From contig NC_042997.1 in the NCBI RefSeq assembly GCF_006345805.1, forward strand, positions 171,244,001 through 171,308,000: a stretch of DNA of 64,000 nucleotides. Direction: 5' to 3'. The position numbers and the translations under genes are program-made. Source of the stretch: Octopus sinensis. Its lineage: Eukaryota. The first letter of the stretch is position 1. The number at the start of each line of letters is the position of its first letter. Under the pieces are notes generated by a model. That model was given only the letters and a program-made list of their open reading frames with translations, ran no database searches and was not told the origin of the DNA. Below are positions 23,850-37,404 of this stretch, piece after piece.

Positions 23850-24272
23850 ACTCACACATACACTTTGACACACTTGAACTCTCACATATACATACACGCT
23901 CCTATACACACTTGCACACACACATGCACTCACACTCACATATGTACTCATAATTGCACTTGTGCACTCACTCATGCACTCTATTCACACTCACATGTGC
24001 ACTCATACTTGCTCTCACACATGCACTCACAATTACACTCATGCTCATAAGTACATTTGCACCAACAATTACACTTGCACTTACAGTTACACTCGCACTC
24101 ACAATTACCTTCACACTCACACTTGCACTCCTAGTTACTCTTGCACTCCCAATTACAATCACCCTCCCAATTACACTTGCACTCCCAATTACACTTCCAC
24201 TCGCAATTATACTTGCACTCACAATCACACTCACACTTGCAATTGCACTCACCCTCACACTCACACATACAC
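23850..24272. repeat. Degenerate hexamer/18-mer minisatellite (ACACTT-GCACTC-ACAATT)
   Basis: Direct reading. Confidence 0.85.
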
Positions 24273-24849
24273 TTCCTCAGTATCAACAGAAGCTGTTGCA
24301 GTATTAGAACTGTAAGGTAAACTTATAAGTATGTGCTTTAAGTCAAAACATGTTTTTAGACTCATTTTGAAAAGTAGTGGTTAGATAAAGATGGATCTTA
24401 CTAGTTTCAAGATTTATTAAAGGCTTCATCAAATCTTGGTTGTCACATGGCCTAGTGGTTAGGTAAAGTTCACCTTTACCTAACCACTTGGTTGTCACTT
24501 CCTAATCATAAGCATCATAATTAAAGTAATTCATAATATGCATAAACTTAGACAGAAGTAAATTTGTCTGCCTATTTTAGCATAACAGTGCAAGTGTTGC
24601 CAATAAGAATGAATTAATGAATAGCGTAGCACTATTTTGAATTATTTAATGCAGGACTATGAATAAAAGCAAAGACTTTGGCTCCAATAACCAAATAATT
24701 GAAGAATAAAGAAATGATTAATGAGAATGATGATCATGGTGATGGTGGTGATGATATTAACAACAACAACAACAACAACAACAATAATGATAATAAGAAT
24801 AATGATAATTGCCCTGATGCAGTTGTTTTTGTTTGTTCCTTCTCGTGCC

Positions 24850-25128
24850 ACACCTGGCTCATAGGGTCGGTTTCCCAGTTTCCTTAGCGTATAGGTTCTC
24901 CACCTGGATGGGACGCTGGTCCATCACAGGTAAGCTGCAAGATGCAAGAGGAAAGAGTAAGAGAAAGTTGTGGCAAAAGAGTCAGCAGAAGTTCACCTTT
25001 ACCTTCTGCCGGAGCCGCGTGGAGCTTAGGTGTTTCGCTCATAAACACACACATTGCTCAGTCTGAGATTTGAACCTGCGATCCCTTGACCGTGAGCCCG
25101 CTGCTCTAACCACTAGGCCATGTGCCTC
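24850..25128 (-). mobile_element. tRNA-derived SINE with V-domain-like segment
   Basis: Minus strand GGAGGCACATGGCCTAGTGGTTAGAGC..GGTTCAAATC head; GATGGACCAGCGTCCCATCCAGG resembles the V-SINE core. Confidence 0.7.
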
Positions 25129-25552
25129 CACCCTGATGCAGTACCAGGCACTGGCTCCTATTCCTTCTGATCTTAAACTGATTGGAAGTGCTATCATGTA
25201 CATGTTTTGTCTTGGTATGAAAGATGGGCTACCACAAATATTCTTTGGTCAGCCTGAGGCTATAGCAGAAGACATTTGCACAAGGTGCCACACAGTGGGA
25301 CTGAACCCGGCACCGTGTGGTTGGGAAGCAAACCTCTTACACACAGCCATTCCTGGATTTTGTTTATTTGCTGCTAGTTTGATCTTCAAAGGTTGGTAAA
25401 TCTCAGGCCATCTTCCTCCTTTACATTCTCCTTATCATTACTCTCAGGAGGGATCTCATTTTCGTTTTGAAGAGGTTGCTCTTTCTTGCTCAGTTTTGTT
25501 GTTTTCTATTGATGGTTACTATTCTTTTTATTTAATGACTTTTATTTTTCTC

Positions 25553-26158
<606 letters not shown>

Positions 26159-26739
26159 TGTATTTCTCTCCAGTTTAGTTAAATTCCTTTCTAACCATTA
26201 TCTCTTTCTCATTCACACATCAATAGATTAGTGCAACTGGTTGCTACTGTAAAGAGATTGAATGTCTGCTTGCTTGTTTTTAAGACTGGGAACATAGTTT
26301 TTTTTCTTGCCATTCTCAGAGTTGTGTCTAATGTTATTCTGGAAATTGAGGATTGCTGCCTTGGCTGGTTTCTATTGCTTCCTCTTCTTGTTTTCTTGCC
26401 CAGTCTTTCTAGTTCTTCAAGGCAGAAGGCTCTGACATGGCTCTTACTATGATGACCTGTGTATCAATGAAGCTATTTTCCCCTTCGCCATTCATCTCAA
26501 CACTTTCAACAATGGCATTGTGGTCTGGAGTATCATTAGAACTTGCAAATCTATTTTGATGCCATTTAGCTCCATATCACCTGTCACCAGTCCAGCTATA
26601 ATCACCTGCTCATACAGCAATATAAAAATGATGATCAGCTATTGTTTTACATTGTTTTCAATGTCCTCTTCTCATTACCCTTGTATTTTTCTACCCCATA
26701 CACTGGAGTACAAGATAATCAGTCCTTATATTTTTTGTG

Positions 26740-27246
26740 TACCATAAATCCTCGAGTATAATCTGCAATTTTTTCCCCAAAATTTGAAGTTCAAAATCCC
26801 TTGTGCATACTATATATGAGGTTAAAAATGAAAAATATTTTCTAAGCAATGTCCGAGTCTCTAATTGCTGTCCAGCAATGTTTATTCAGACACATTTTGT
26901 GATGTTGGGCGCGAAAATACCTTAAGCTAAGCCTGAAAGCAATGAAGTCATAAAAGAATCATCCATAACTTGCAGTAAACGACATTTATTAAATGTTATT
27001 ACTGTTATTTCTTTATTTTCTGCAAACAAAAATGCACACGTTTGCATTATGTTATATATAAAATAATAATAAAGGATGTTACTGTATACATTTTTACAAA
27101 TCAGGGACGTTATATAGACCTCCTTGACTCAAGCTAGAGAAGGGGTGTATATTATACACAAGGTTTAGGTTTTTCAGAGGTACAGCCCCCTAAAAATCCC
27201 CTGCGTATTATACTCAAGGGCAGACTATACTCGGGAATTTACGGTA
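26740..27246. mobile_element. Tc1/mariner-superfamily (pogo/Tc2-like) MITE
   Basis: TIRs TACCATAAATCCTCGAGTATA / TATACTCGGGAATTTACGGTA; inverted second copy at 59663-60190. Confidence 0.85.
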
Positions 27247-28066
27247 TGTGTATGCATGTATGTATGCATCTCCATTTAATAATGGTTTCAAATTTTGGCA
27301 CAAGGCCACCAAGTTCAGAGGAAGGGACAAGTTGATTATATTGACCCCAAAGTTTAACTGGTACTTATTTTATCGATCCAATCTTGGCAGAATTTGAACT
27401 CAGAACATAAATTGATATAAATGTTGGTTGGTTGAAAGTATAGTTAATAATTTCAGCCTTAAAAGTGCAGCAAGCAGCACCATATTAGTTTTCCCTTTCA
27501 ATTGAGAGATTTTCTTCTGAAATTTCTTGTAATGCATGTTCTAGATACTGCTTTAATGGTAATTTGATACTGCCACCTTCCTTTATAAAACACAGGTGAA
27601 TTATTTTTGACTTTGCTCTCTCTTGGATGACATCCTGCAATTGTCTGGTTTTACATAATTTTCTCAACTAATTTTATTCCAACAACTGTTAAATATAAAA
27701 TTTTCTGTTTGTCATGATAGAAGCAAGATTATCTTTAACACAGCTGCTATATGAATGATTTAAAGTGTTTGTCTCTGTACAAGTGTTGTTGCAGTTATTG
27801 CTATCTTCGAAAGTATTTGTTAAACTCTTCAAAAATTTTTTTTATTTTATTAATTGCTCATTAAAATGTTAATTCTTTTTTCCTGTTTTTTATTTGAAAG
27901 TGCAGTTTGTTTTAGAGCTTTTTTTTTGTTGACATTTATTGGTGTTGTCTTTTGTATATTGAGGATATCTGCCAGACATTTTAAATATAAAATCTGGTTA
28001 AAATGTGTAAGCAAATGAAATAAAGACTGTAAAGGCAAAGCTTTATTTCTGCCTCTCCCTGGGTAG

Positions 28067-28098
28067 TGATGCCCTTAGGTGTTTAAATTCCATTTTGG
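28067..28098 (+). CDS. Candidate micro-exon (DALRCLNSIL)
   Basis: ttatttctgcctctccctgggtag| and TGG|gtgagt; 32 nt, phase 2-1. Confidence 0.45.
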
Positions 28099-29499
28099 GT
28101 GAGTGATCCAAAGACATTTTCAAAGTTGAATAAAGATGTGTCTCAAAGAGAGAAGATAAAACATGTGTTCACATATTGAGAGTAAAAAACTGTAGCACAA
28201 GGAAGGAAAAAGACAAAAGAAAAAGTAGCCAATGGGAGAATGAAATACAGAGACCTTACCTGTTGACCTAGGTGGGATGAGCAATCAGTCTTAAGAAGTA
28301 AACAAGTCCTTGCATGCTGCTGCCTCTTATCGAACTGCCTTTTGCACGTGCTTCCGGCCCATACATGCCCTGTGGCTGTTCTGCTGGCCCCTGCAGTCTT
28401 CACTTCCATCTACCTCATCTGCAATCCTCTCCACCAACACCACATAGCTCATCACAGCCCATAACACCACAAACACCACAAAAACAATTACAATAATCAT
28501 AATAAAATGTTCTTTTATTTCTCAAATGGAACTAAATGGGATTTATATGATAACAAAGTATAGAATGGTGGTAGTTTGCATTGAGTATAAGAGGAAACAG
28601 CAAATATGAAATATATGTTAAAACTGATGTGAAAAATATTGTATGTGTCCCAAAAGGGAGACAACCTCATTGGGTGGTTAACTTAATCTATTACCTGGTT
28701 TAATACTACCACATGCTCCCTGTCCTTTAACAGAGTCCACTGTGTTGCAAGCATTTAGGCCAGGCCTCCAGTTTAAGGATACTTTTCTCCCTCCCTTTCA
28801 TTAGTCTCAGAATCTCTGTAAAGAGTCTTTAGTACTGCTCTTTTTTCGTGACAAAAATAAAAAAAATTCTGGGAAATTGCCTGCTGTTATTTGTACTGTC
28901 TAGCCAAGTTCTTCATTCTAAATTGCTCATTCACACATACTTACCACTTATGTTTATATATTTGTTTTGCAAGATTCTTATTGTTGTATTTAGGTATGGT
29001 CATGTTGCCAGTTTAGCCAATGAAAACACAAGCACTATATGTTTGGTGCTAATTTGCTTCAGCTTTATTATATTTTTTACATTAATCTTATTTCGGCCAG
29101 AGTTCTTTCGTCCATTTCTGTGACCTCATCAGTGGTCCTGTGCTTTCTTCTTTCTTATTTGTGTGTCTCTCCTTACTAACGATTAGCCATTTTTGTATGT
29201 GTCATTATTTGTGCTATTGTATGTGTCTTTATTTGTGCATGCGTATACCCCTATGTGTGTCTATGTTTAGTAAGTGTGTGTGGGGGGGGGCAAGTGCCTG
29301 TATTATTTGTATCTCCTATTTATACATGTTCCTGTAATTTGTTTTTATGCTTAAAGACACATACAATAGGAATACAAAATACAAAATGACCATCCCTAAA
29401 TACAACAAATACTTACCACCCTTATTCATCTTTCAGCACTTCTCTCTCTTTCCCTACTCCCACCTTCCATCTCCATCCTTACTTCCCTCATTGGGTGAC

Positions 29500-29860
29500 T
29501 CTTGAAATATTGGTTTCAAATTGGCAAAGTTGATCCCGGTGGAATTTGAACTCAGAACATAAAAATGGACAAAATGTTGCTAAGCAGTTTACCTGGCATG
29601 CTAACAACTTTGCGTGCTTGCCACTTTGGCACTTGAAATATTGGTTTCAAATTTTGGCACAAGTCCAGCAATTTGGAGGGAAGAGACAAGTCAATTAAAT
29701 CAACCTCAGTGTTCAAATGGTACTTATTGTATTAACCTTGAAAGGATGAAAAGCAAAGTCAACCACAGCAGAATTTGAACTCAGAACATATAGATGAACA
29801 AAATGTTTCTAAGCATTTTGTCCAGCTTGCTAATTATTCTTCAGCTTACCACCTTGGCCC
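29500..29860 (-). mobile_element. Two tandem Nin-domain SINE copies
   Basis: GAATTTGAACTCAGAACATA twice; TTGAAATATTG at the junctions. Confidence 0.75.
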
Positions 29861-29959
29861 TTGAAATATTGATGAAGGTTGGCAAGAGAAAATGAAAGGA
29901 AAAAATGGCATCAACCTTCTCAATCTTATCCATCGCACTACCTTTTTACCATAACAATT

Positions 29960-30175
29960 TAGAAATAAAAAAACTGCTTGCACTTCCCTACCAAGTGAAT
30001 GTGGCTGAGCAATACAGGTGCAACCCTACTGAGCCATTGTTGGCTTTTACTTAGGCTCACTTCCACTTTGTCAAACCTTGCAGGGTATTGACCATGGAGT
30101 GATTCAAACCAACAAAGAAATAAAAACTAATTACTCAGACATAGTAATCAAGTACAGGGTGTATTCAATTGTATT
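29960..30175 (+). pseudogene. R4/Dong REL-domain fragment carrying a 75-bp inverted insertion
   Basis: VAE..ATL | IQTNKEIKTNYSDIVIK, paralogous to 31354-31410. Confidence 0.6.
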
Positions 30176-30239
30176 AAACTCTATACTTAATTTGTATTTT
30201 ATTTTATTGACTCTGTTTTGTTAGCTGCTCCTCCTATTC

Positions 30240-30460
30240 TGCTGTCCATCATCCCCTAGAAGGTGATGAAGGCTGAAGTGGTAGGCAGCAGAACTAGAGG
30301 AAGACCTCAGTTTGTGTGGATCGATGGATTGAGGAAAGCTTTGGTAGTTAGAGGTGTTGGAGTGAGAGAGGCAAGAGAGTTTATTAATGGTAGGAAAACT
30401 TGGAGAGTTTGTGGACAGATGAGTGAATTTGATGTTGCTCAAAGGGGTACGGAACATAAC
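30240..30460 (+). pseudogene. RTE RT C-terminal fragment
   Basis: RRVMKAEVVGSRTRGRPQFVWIDG (G.R.RGRP...W.D motif). Confidence 0.75.
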
Positions 30461-30644
30461 AATTAAAATAATAATAAGGAGAAGAATCCTTTCTAGTATA
30501 GGCACAATGCCTGAAATTTTGTGGGTTGAGGCTAATTAATTACATTGACCCTGAAAGGATGAAGAGCAAAGTCAACCTTGGCAGAATCTGAACTTAGAAC
30601 ATAAAGCCAGATTCACCACCTTAATAATAATGATGATGATGATG

Positions 30645-31700
30645 ATGGGTCAAAGAGACAAAAACAACATGATAAATAGAATTACAAAAGATACTGAAGG
30701 AGAAATGGAGAGAAAAATCACTCCATGGCCAATACCCTGCAAGGTTTGACAAAGTGGAAGTGAGCCTAAGTAAAAGCCAACAATGGCTCAAAAGCTCTGG
30801 TCTAAAAGTTGAAACCGAAGGACTGATTTTCCCTGCACAAGACCAATACCTGGTTACAAACAATTATAAAAGCAAAATAATGAAAAGCAGCCTGAACACC
30901 AAATGCAGTGTCTGCAACCAGCACAGTGAGACTGTAAACCACATCATCTTAGGCTGCCCAGTCCTTGCCAAATCTGGATATATATACTGTATACAGACAC
31001 ATCAGAGTAAGCAGTTATATCCATTAGACAAGATGCCAACATTACAGCATTAAAGCTGACAACAAGTGGCAGAAACGTTAACGCACCAGGCGAAATGCTT
31101 AGCGGTATTTCATCTGCCGTTACGTTCTGAGTTCAAATTCCGCTGGGGTCGACTTTGCCTTTCATCCTTTCGGGGTCGATAAATAAAGTACCAGTTACAC
31201 ACTGGGGTCGATATAATCGACTTAATCCGTTTGTCTGTCCTTGTTTGTCCTCTCTGTGTTTAGCCCCTTGTGGGTAGTAAAGAAATAGGTATAAACATGT
31301 GCTAAACAAGGTCCAAGACAACAACCAGGTCACAATCATCTGGGATATGCCAGTTCAAAACAACAAAGAAACAAAAGCTAATCACCCAGACATAGTAATC
31401 AAGAATTGGAAAAGAAATACCAGCTTACTGATAGACATTGCAGTCCCTTTTGATCAAAATATTATCTAGAAGGAAATGGAGAAATAGTCAAAGTACAAAG
31501 ACCTCAAAATTGAAATATTCAAGATGTAGAGCATGAAGGTAAAAACAATATCAATAATAATTGAAGCTTTGGGCATGATAAAAAGACATATGAACAAAAA
31601 CATAGAAGCTATACCTGGGTCCTCAACACTACACACTATCCAAAAAATAGCCCTGCTAGGAACAGCACACATCCTATGCAAGACTATCAATTCAATAATA
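30645..31700 (+). pseudogene. R4/Dong-clade LINE C-terminus (CCHC zinc knuckle plus REL endonuclease)
   Basis: KSLHGQYP..QWLKSSGLKVETEGLIFPAQDQ..CSVCNQHSETVNHIILGC; ANHPDIVIK..LIDIAVPFDQN..SKYKDL..IQKIALLGTAHIL. Confidence 0.9.
31053..31290 (+). mobile_element. Nin/Deu-domain SINE inserted in the Dong element
   Basis: Full consensus match. Confidence 0.9.
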
Positions 31701-32923
31701 CAACCTAAACAAAACAACCCACAAACACAAGATGCTCTATACAGCAATTACCCAATAAAATAAACTTACCCCAGCAAACTATATAACCAAAGCATTACAC
31801 ACTCAACATACAATACAAGCAGTAATGCAAAAATGCTAACACTATACAATACTGGGAAAAGTTTGTGCATTCCCCAAAGCAGAAAAGAACGCACAATGCT
31901 GTGCACACCCCAGCAACACGAATGTGCAGCAGGTGATGCAGTAGAAATTTGCCTCAAACTACCAAATGTTGAACAATTATAAAATAATAATAACCATGTT
32001 GGTAATGATAATAATGATAATTTTATTGCTAGCAGGACCCATTCATACATACAAAACAAAATGAGTTAGAAGAGTAGGCAAAGTGGTATGACAAACACAG
32101 GACAATATATTAAAGATAATAGAATCTTTTTTTTTATAAATAACACTAAGTAAATGAATATATAACACTCATTCATTTCTTTGTCTGATTTTCCATGCTA
32201 GCATGGGTTAGATGAATACGAATTATTGAAGTGTTTTAAAGCTGGGTCTAAACCTGAAACCATGTGGTTGGTTAGAAAGCATACGTCTTAACTACACAAC
32301 CATAGCTGTGTCTAGATAGATGAATGAATATATACATGTGTGTGTGTGTGTAAAAGGAGAGAGAGGGAATTAAATGAAATATAAATAAAAACTGATAACA
32401 AATGAATAGTAAACCCACTTCCACATGGTTGAGGAGATACCACCTGGGTTTGATCACAGCACTCCATGACCCTGGTCACGTGCCACTCATCTACTCCACA
32501 TTCATGTCCTGAAAAATGCTCAGTTCCTTAAAAATATATATGAATGAACTTATTTTCTACTATCACGTTTGTTCTCTTTGATATAAATATAGTAAGCTAT
32601 ATATACATATGAACACTTCACTTTAAAATTGCACTGCATAACCTACAAACACAACTCTTCTGTCTCACAGACTTATGACATGATTTGTGCAATAAACAAA
32701 TGATAATAAATAAATAAATGGAAAAATATAAAAAAAAAAGTAAGTTTTGCTCTCCTAATTCAGCTGATGTCTGGCTTTACTAAATGTGCACTGCCTCAAC
32801 TTTGAAACTCAAATTTCATTCATATGTCATACAGTATAATACACATAGCCACACATGAACACACACATATAGACACGTGTGTGTGTGTGTGTGTGTGTGT
32901 ATGTATCTATATTCGTGTGTGTG

Positions 32924-33000
<77 letters not shown>

Positions 33001-33029
33001 AATATACACACATGTGTGTGTGTATATAT

Positions 33030-33415
33030 ATCATCATCATCATCACCATCATCATTTAATGTTCGCTGTCCATGCTGACGTGGGTTGAATGACCTGGTAT
33101 GCTGGAAGGCTGCAGCAGACTCCAGTCAGATTTGGCATGGTTTTTGACAGCTGGATGCCCTTCCTAATGGCAACCACTCCAAGAGTGTAATGGGTACTTT
33201 TACATGCCATTTACATGACACTGGCATGTGTTTATATACCACTGGCATGGGTGCCAATATGCATGACACTGATATCTGTCATGGCTGTGATTTTGCTCAG
33301 CTTGATAGGTGTTCTTCTCAAGCATGACATAATGCCAAAGGTCTTAATCTTTGCCTTCGTGACACCCAAAACTTGAAAGGAACTTAGCCACTTTGCCTCC
33401 ATGAAGCTCGGCACT
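33030..33415 (-). mobile_element. Older RTE 3' end with ORF terminus
   Basis: LGVTKAKIKTFGIMSCLRRTPIKLSK resembles the RTE ORF end; diverged 3'UTR. Confidence 0.75.
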
Positions 33416-33439
33416 ATATGTATGTATATATATATATAT

Positions 33440-33493
<54 letters not shown>

Positions 33494-33497
33494 TATG

Positions 33498-33765
33498 ACT
33501 GGCTTCCGTGCCGGTGGCACGTAAAATACACCAATCTGACCGTGGCCGTTGCCAGCCTCGCCTGGCACCTGTGCAGGTGGCACATAAAAAGCACCCACTA
33601 CACTCACAGAGTGGTTGGCGTTAGGAAGGGCATCCAGCTGTAGAAACATTGCCAGAAAAGACTGGAGCCTGGTGCAGCTTTCTGGCTTCCCAGATCCCCG
33701 GTCGAACCGTCCAACCCATGCTAGCATGGAGAACGGACGTTAAACGATGATGATGATGATGATGA
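33498..33765 (+). mobile_element. RTE 3' end
   Basis: Two hairpin units, 3'UTR and (GAT)n. Confidence 0.88.
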
Positions 33766-33940
33766 TATATAATGTATGTGTGTGTGTACATATATATAAA
33801 ATGCATGTGTGTATATATATCTAAATAATATGTGTATATTTATATATATATATATATATATATATAATGTATGTGCGTGTGTGTGTGTGTGTGTATATAT
33901 ATACACACACACACACAATGAAGCATTGTGTAAAATATAT

Positions 33941-34778
33941 ATTGTATAAAGGATCGTGGGTAAGGCCAAAACAATGCGAAGTAAATGCAAGGCAAATCAC
34001 AAGAAAACAAATATGTGAATTAATGTAGACTTACCTTGTATTCAATATTTCGGGATTATGACCCCATTTTCAAGAAATAAATGAATGTTGCTGATGTTCG
34101 TGCATGTGAGTGTGTGTGGAGTGGACATGCACAGAAAGGTGTTGCTATAGCAACCAGCTAGTTTCTTGTAACTCTCTTCTGTTGTTGATCTTGGGTTTCT
34201 TTTGGTGTATGAGGATGGCCTCAGAGATTCTAAGGTTGCTCCTGTTCCACTGTGTTGCCTTGATATGCACTGTGAATTCCTGGGTCTGGCATTTCTGTAG
34301 ATGTTTCTTCATGGAAGTGTCTGTCTGCATGTGTTCCTTAATGCGTACATGCTGTTTTCTTATCATGCTTCCGATGTAGGATGCACCACATTTGCCACAG
34401 ATGATCTCATATACAACATACGTCCTCTGTACAATTCAGGGTCATTGATGGCGCAGTTCGACAATGTGCACTCCTCGGAGAAGCGAGAGGTATTGTTCTT
34501 GGACAGAGCTTTTCTCAGGGAAGAGCTGGTGCGCACTATCTGTATGTCAAGTCCTTTTCTGCAGACTGTGTGTTGTATCGCTGCAGTAGTTCTGTCATCA
34601 AAGTGTGGTAACTTTAGAAAGCATGTGCTGGACTTGGGAGTATGATGGTTCTTCCGGGGTTTATTGACCCAGAAATATTGAATACAAGGTAAGTCTACAT
34701 TAATTCACATATTTTCTTGTGATTTACCTTGCATTTACTTTGCATTGTTTTGGCCTTACCCACAATCCTTTATACAAT
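33941..34778 (-). mobile_element. 5'-truncated Penelope-like element: GIY-YIG endonuclease with inverted pseudo-LTRs
   Basis: YVVYEIICGKCGASYIGSMIRKQHVRIKEH ... LRISEAILIHQKKPKIN; arms 33941-34051 and 34672-34778 inverted; (TA)n flanks. Confidence 0.88.
34039..34080 (-). ncRNA. Putative minimal type I hammerhead ribozyme motif, U3-A8 variant
   Basis: TATTTC-TTGAAAA-T-GGG-GTCATAAT-CCC-GAAA-TA-TT-GAATA at the usual PLE pLTR position. Confidence 0.55.
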
Positions 34779-34839
34779 ATATATATATATATATAAATAC
34801 AGGTTAAATCCAATTTGATCAATATCCAAAGAGATTTAT

Positions 34840-36200
34840 TTCTTTATTATTTTATAATTAGCCTTTATTTATTTATAAAATTAATCTAATTTTTGTATCT
34901 CTATAAATTCATATAATAAGTTAATATTTAGATAAGTAATAAGTAAATAAATATTAAACTATTTCTTTGCAATTTTCTTTTCCTCCCTCTATTGTGGTAA
35001 AAATTTGGTATATACTCAAAATATTCAAAGAATTTTTATCCTTTTATTAAAATTTAATTCTTAATAATCTTGATTACCCTAAATTTTAACTTTATACAAT
35101 AAGACAATATTGCTTGAAATTATCTTTAGAAATTACTTGATTTATCTCTTTCTCAAATGGGTCTACCCTCCTGAACTTAGTATTTACAAGAGCCTTTATA
35201 TAAACAACCCTTCTAAACAAGTACAACTAAGAAACCATAAATATCATGTAAAGGAGTAACAATAATAACTTCTTAAACCTATAATATGACTCTAAGTTTT
35301 TAAAAAAAGATTAGTTTAAAATATGATTGTTCCATAACTTAAACATTCCTTTAGCTGATACCAGACACCAGTCTTTTATTGATATTTGCTAAATAAGTGA
35401 ATATATAATTTTTAGTCTAATATATTTTGAATTATTATACTTTTTCTAAAAATCTTCTCTATTGGTGTTAATAAGCTACATATACTTTAACATAGTATTA
35501 GTAATTAAGCTATTTTATTTCCTTTTCTATGGTGTTCTGCTCTACTTGATTATTTTATTTTATTTCTTTATTATTTTATAACTAGCCTTTATTTATAAAA
35601 TTAATCTACTTTTTGTATCTCTATAAATCCATACTTAGCTTATATATAAAACTATACTGGTATATTCACTACTTATAAAAAATACTGCTTAGATTATAAT
35701 TTTATTAATATATAATTAGCATGTTCCTTTACCTCAATACTCCTTTATTAATACCAGTATATACCAATTAATCAATATTCACAGATACCATCTGATGAGT
35801 TAGTATTTAAGTGTACAATATGTATAAATATTAAACTATTTCAGGATAATTTCTTTTCCTCCCTCTATTGTGGTAATAGTTTGGTATATACTCAAAAGTA
35901 TTCATAAATTTCTATTCTTTTGTTATAATATTCTTCTTAATAATCCTCTGAACAACCCTAACTTTAACTGTATACAATATAGCAACATTGTTTAAAATAT
36001 TTAACTATAGTACTATATGATAAGACTTCCCCTGTTTCATTATCAATGATCTACTAGTGGGCGACACCCTTAAAGCAAACATCTTTACCTTTACCAAACC
36101 TCATGATATTGCTTCTAATAAATCTTGATTTTTATGACTATACCAACTAAAATGTTATCGCTTAACAGTTGTCCTTGTTATTAATAGACAACCGTAATAG
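34840..36200 (-). other. Very AT-rich decayed coding-like block with internal ~250-bp paralogous duplication
   Basis: 34840-35110 resembles 35560-36000; both give EYIPN(F/Y)YHNRGRKR on the minus strand. Confidence 0.35.
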
Positions 36201-37192
36201 GTGGGTTGTTAAGAGTACAGGGAGGGTTTTAAAAGTCCAAATACACATTAAATAAATGCTGTAAATATGGTGTCCCTACTTCGTGGAAATTCAGTTATCG
36301 TGGCCATTCTCAGAACCAATCTACCGCGATAAACAAGGGATCACTGTATTTATGTTCTAAATGAATTTAATAAAAGCATCTAAATATGAAACATGAAAAT
36401 TGTTCAAACTGAAATCCTTCTTGAACAACACATTTTCCCATTCGAGTCAATACAGAATAACAGATAGTATTTCTGGAATTTTGATTTGCTGTCGGGTGAC
36501 TTTTGGCCACACAGTACATATTCTATTATATACTACAGTTCTAAGGCCATGCTGGAGCACAACCAGAGTAATCACCTTTCAAATAGCCAATCTTATGTAA
36601 TTAGCTTTTGGTGAAAGAAGGTTTTCAACACTGCTGCCCTCTTTTGAGGTGGACCAAAAATCATGCATAAATTAACTTCAATACGCTCTGGAATTATGAG
36701 ACTGGCTTCAATTTTTCTAAAACCAAATAAAATAAATAAAATAATGGTGAATACTAATGTACTTGTTCATGATGAATAAAATTAATAGTAATAACAACAT
36801 AATTTGAATTAAATGCCAAATGCTTTGATGAGTGACTTTTGGGCCCACCCTGCATGTGTGTGTGACTTTTGGCCCACCCTGCATATGTTTACTCTCACAC
36901 GCACTCACACATTCACACACACAAATAAACAAAAGAACTGGAATGATAAAACCTGTCAGAATTAACCCAAAACAAAGGCAACATTTATATGAGCATCATT
37001 GCTGATCTAGTTTATATTATACAAAACAAAAGAAAAAAAAATACAAAGGAAACAGTCTTTAATTTATTTTTTACTGACACTTATTGTTGGCTAGCATATG
37101 AGTAATGATTTTCATTGAGGCATATAATTTTACTACTGAATGTACTTCTTATCATTAACCACTCAACTGTAAGAGTGATATTTGTTATTCAG

Positions 37193-37224
37193 GTAAAATT
37201 TCTATGGGCCTGTCTAGGGCAGTG
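37193..37224 (+). CDS. Candidate micro-exon (GKISMGLSRAV)
   Basis: tatttgttattcag| and GTG|gtatat; 32 nt, phase 1-0, continues the frame of the 28067 exon. Confidence 0.4.
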
Positions 37225-37404
37225 GTATATTAACTGTATATAAAAAAAAAAAGCATTAATGCCTCATTTTTGTATCTGGTTTGCAAAATTCTTCATGTGA
37301 GCTCATGTGTTGAAACATATTTTGTTGTATTTTAGGAAGTCACTGTGCCAATAATAAACACAAGTACAGGTTCTATTTCACTTCCATTTATTATTATTTA
37401 TCAA

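Noticed and set aside
24281-24316. 36-nt + strand micro-exon (INRSCCSIRTV)
   Set aside because: Phase-compatible, but the acceptor comes from a minisatellite edge; no independent support
25055-25128. tRNA gene-like sequence (also the heads of other SINEs)
   Set aside because: No acceptor-stem closure; continues into a SINE body
26160-26640. Host exon
   Set aside because: Multiple stops; weak resemblance to an RTE endonuclease-region remnant on the minus strand, too decayed to call
28260-28410. Minus-strand exon with strong donor CAG|gtaagg
   Set aside because: No polypyrimidine acceptor; peptide STCKRQF...HARTC resembles the C-terminal zinc motif of RTE-type LINEs
36494-36886. Complete Tc1 element
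   Set aside because: Three TIR-like TGACTTTTGG(G)CC motifs are all in the same orientation, so there is no inverted pair
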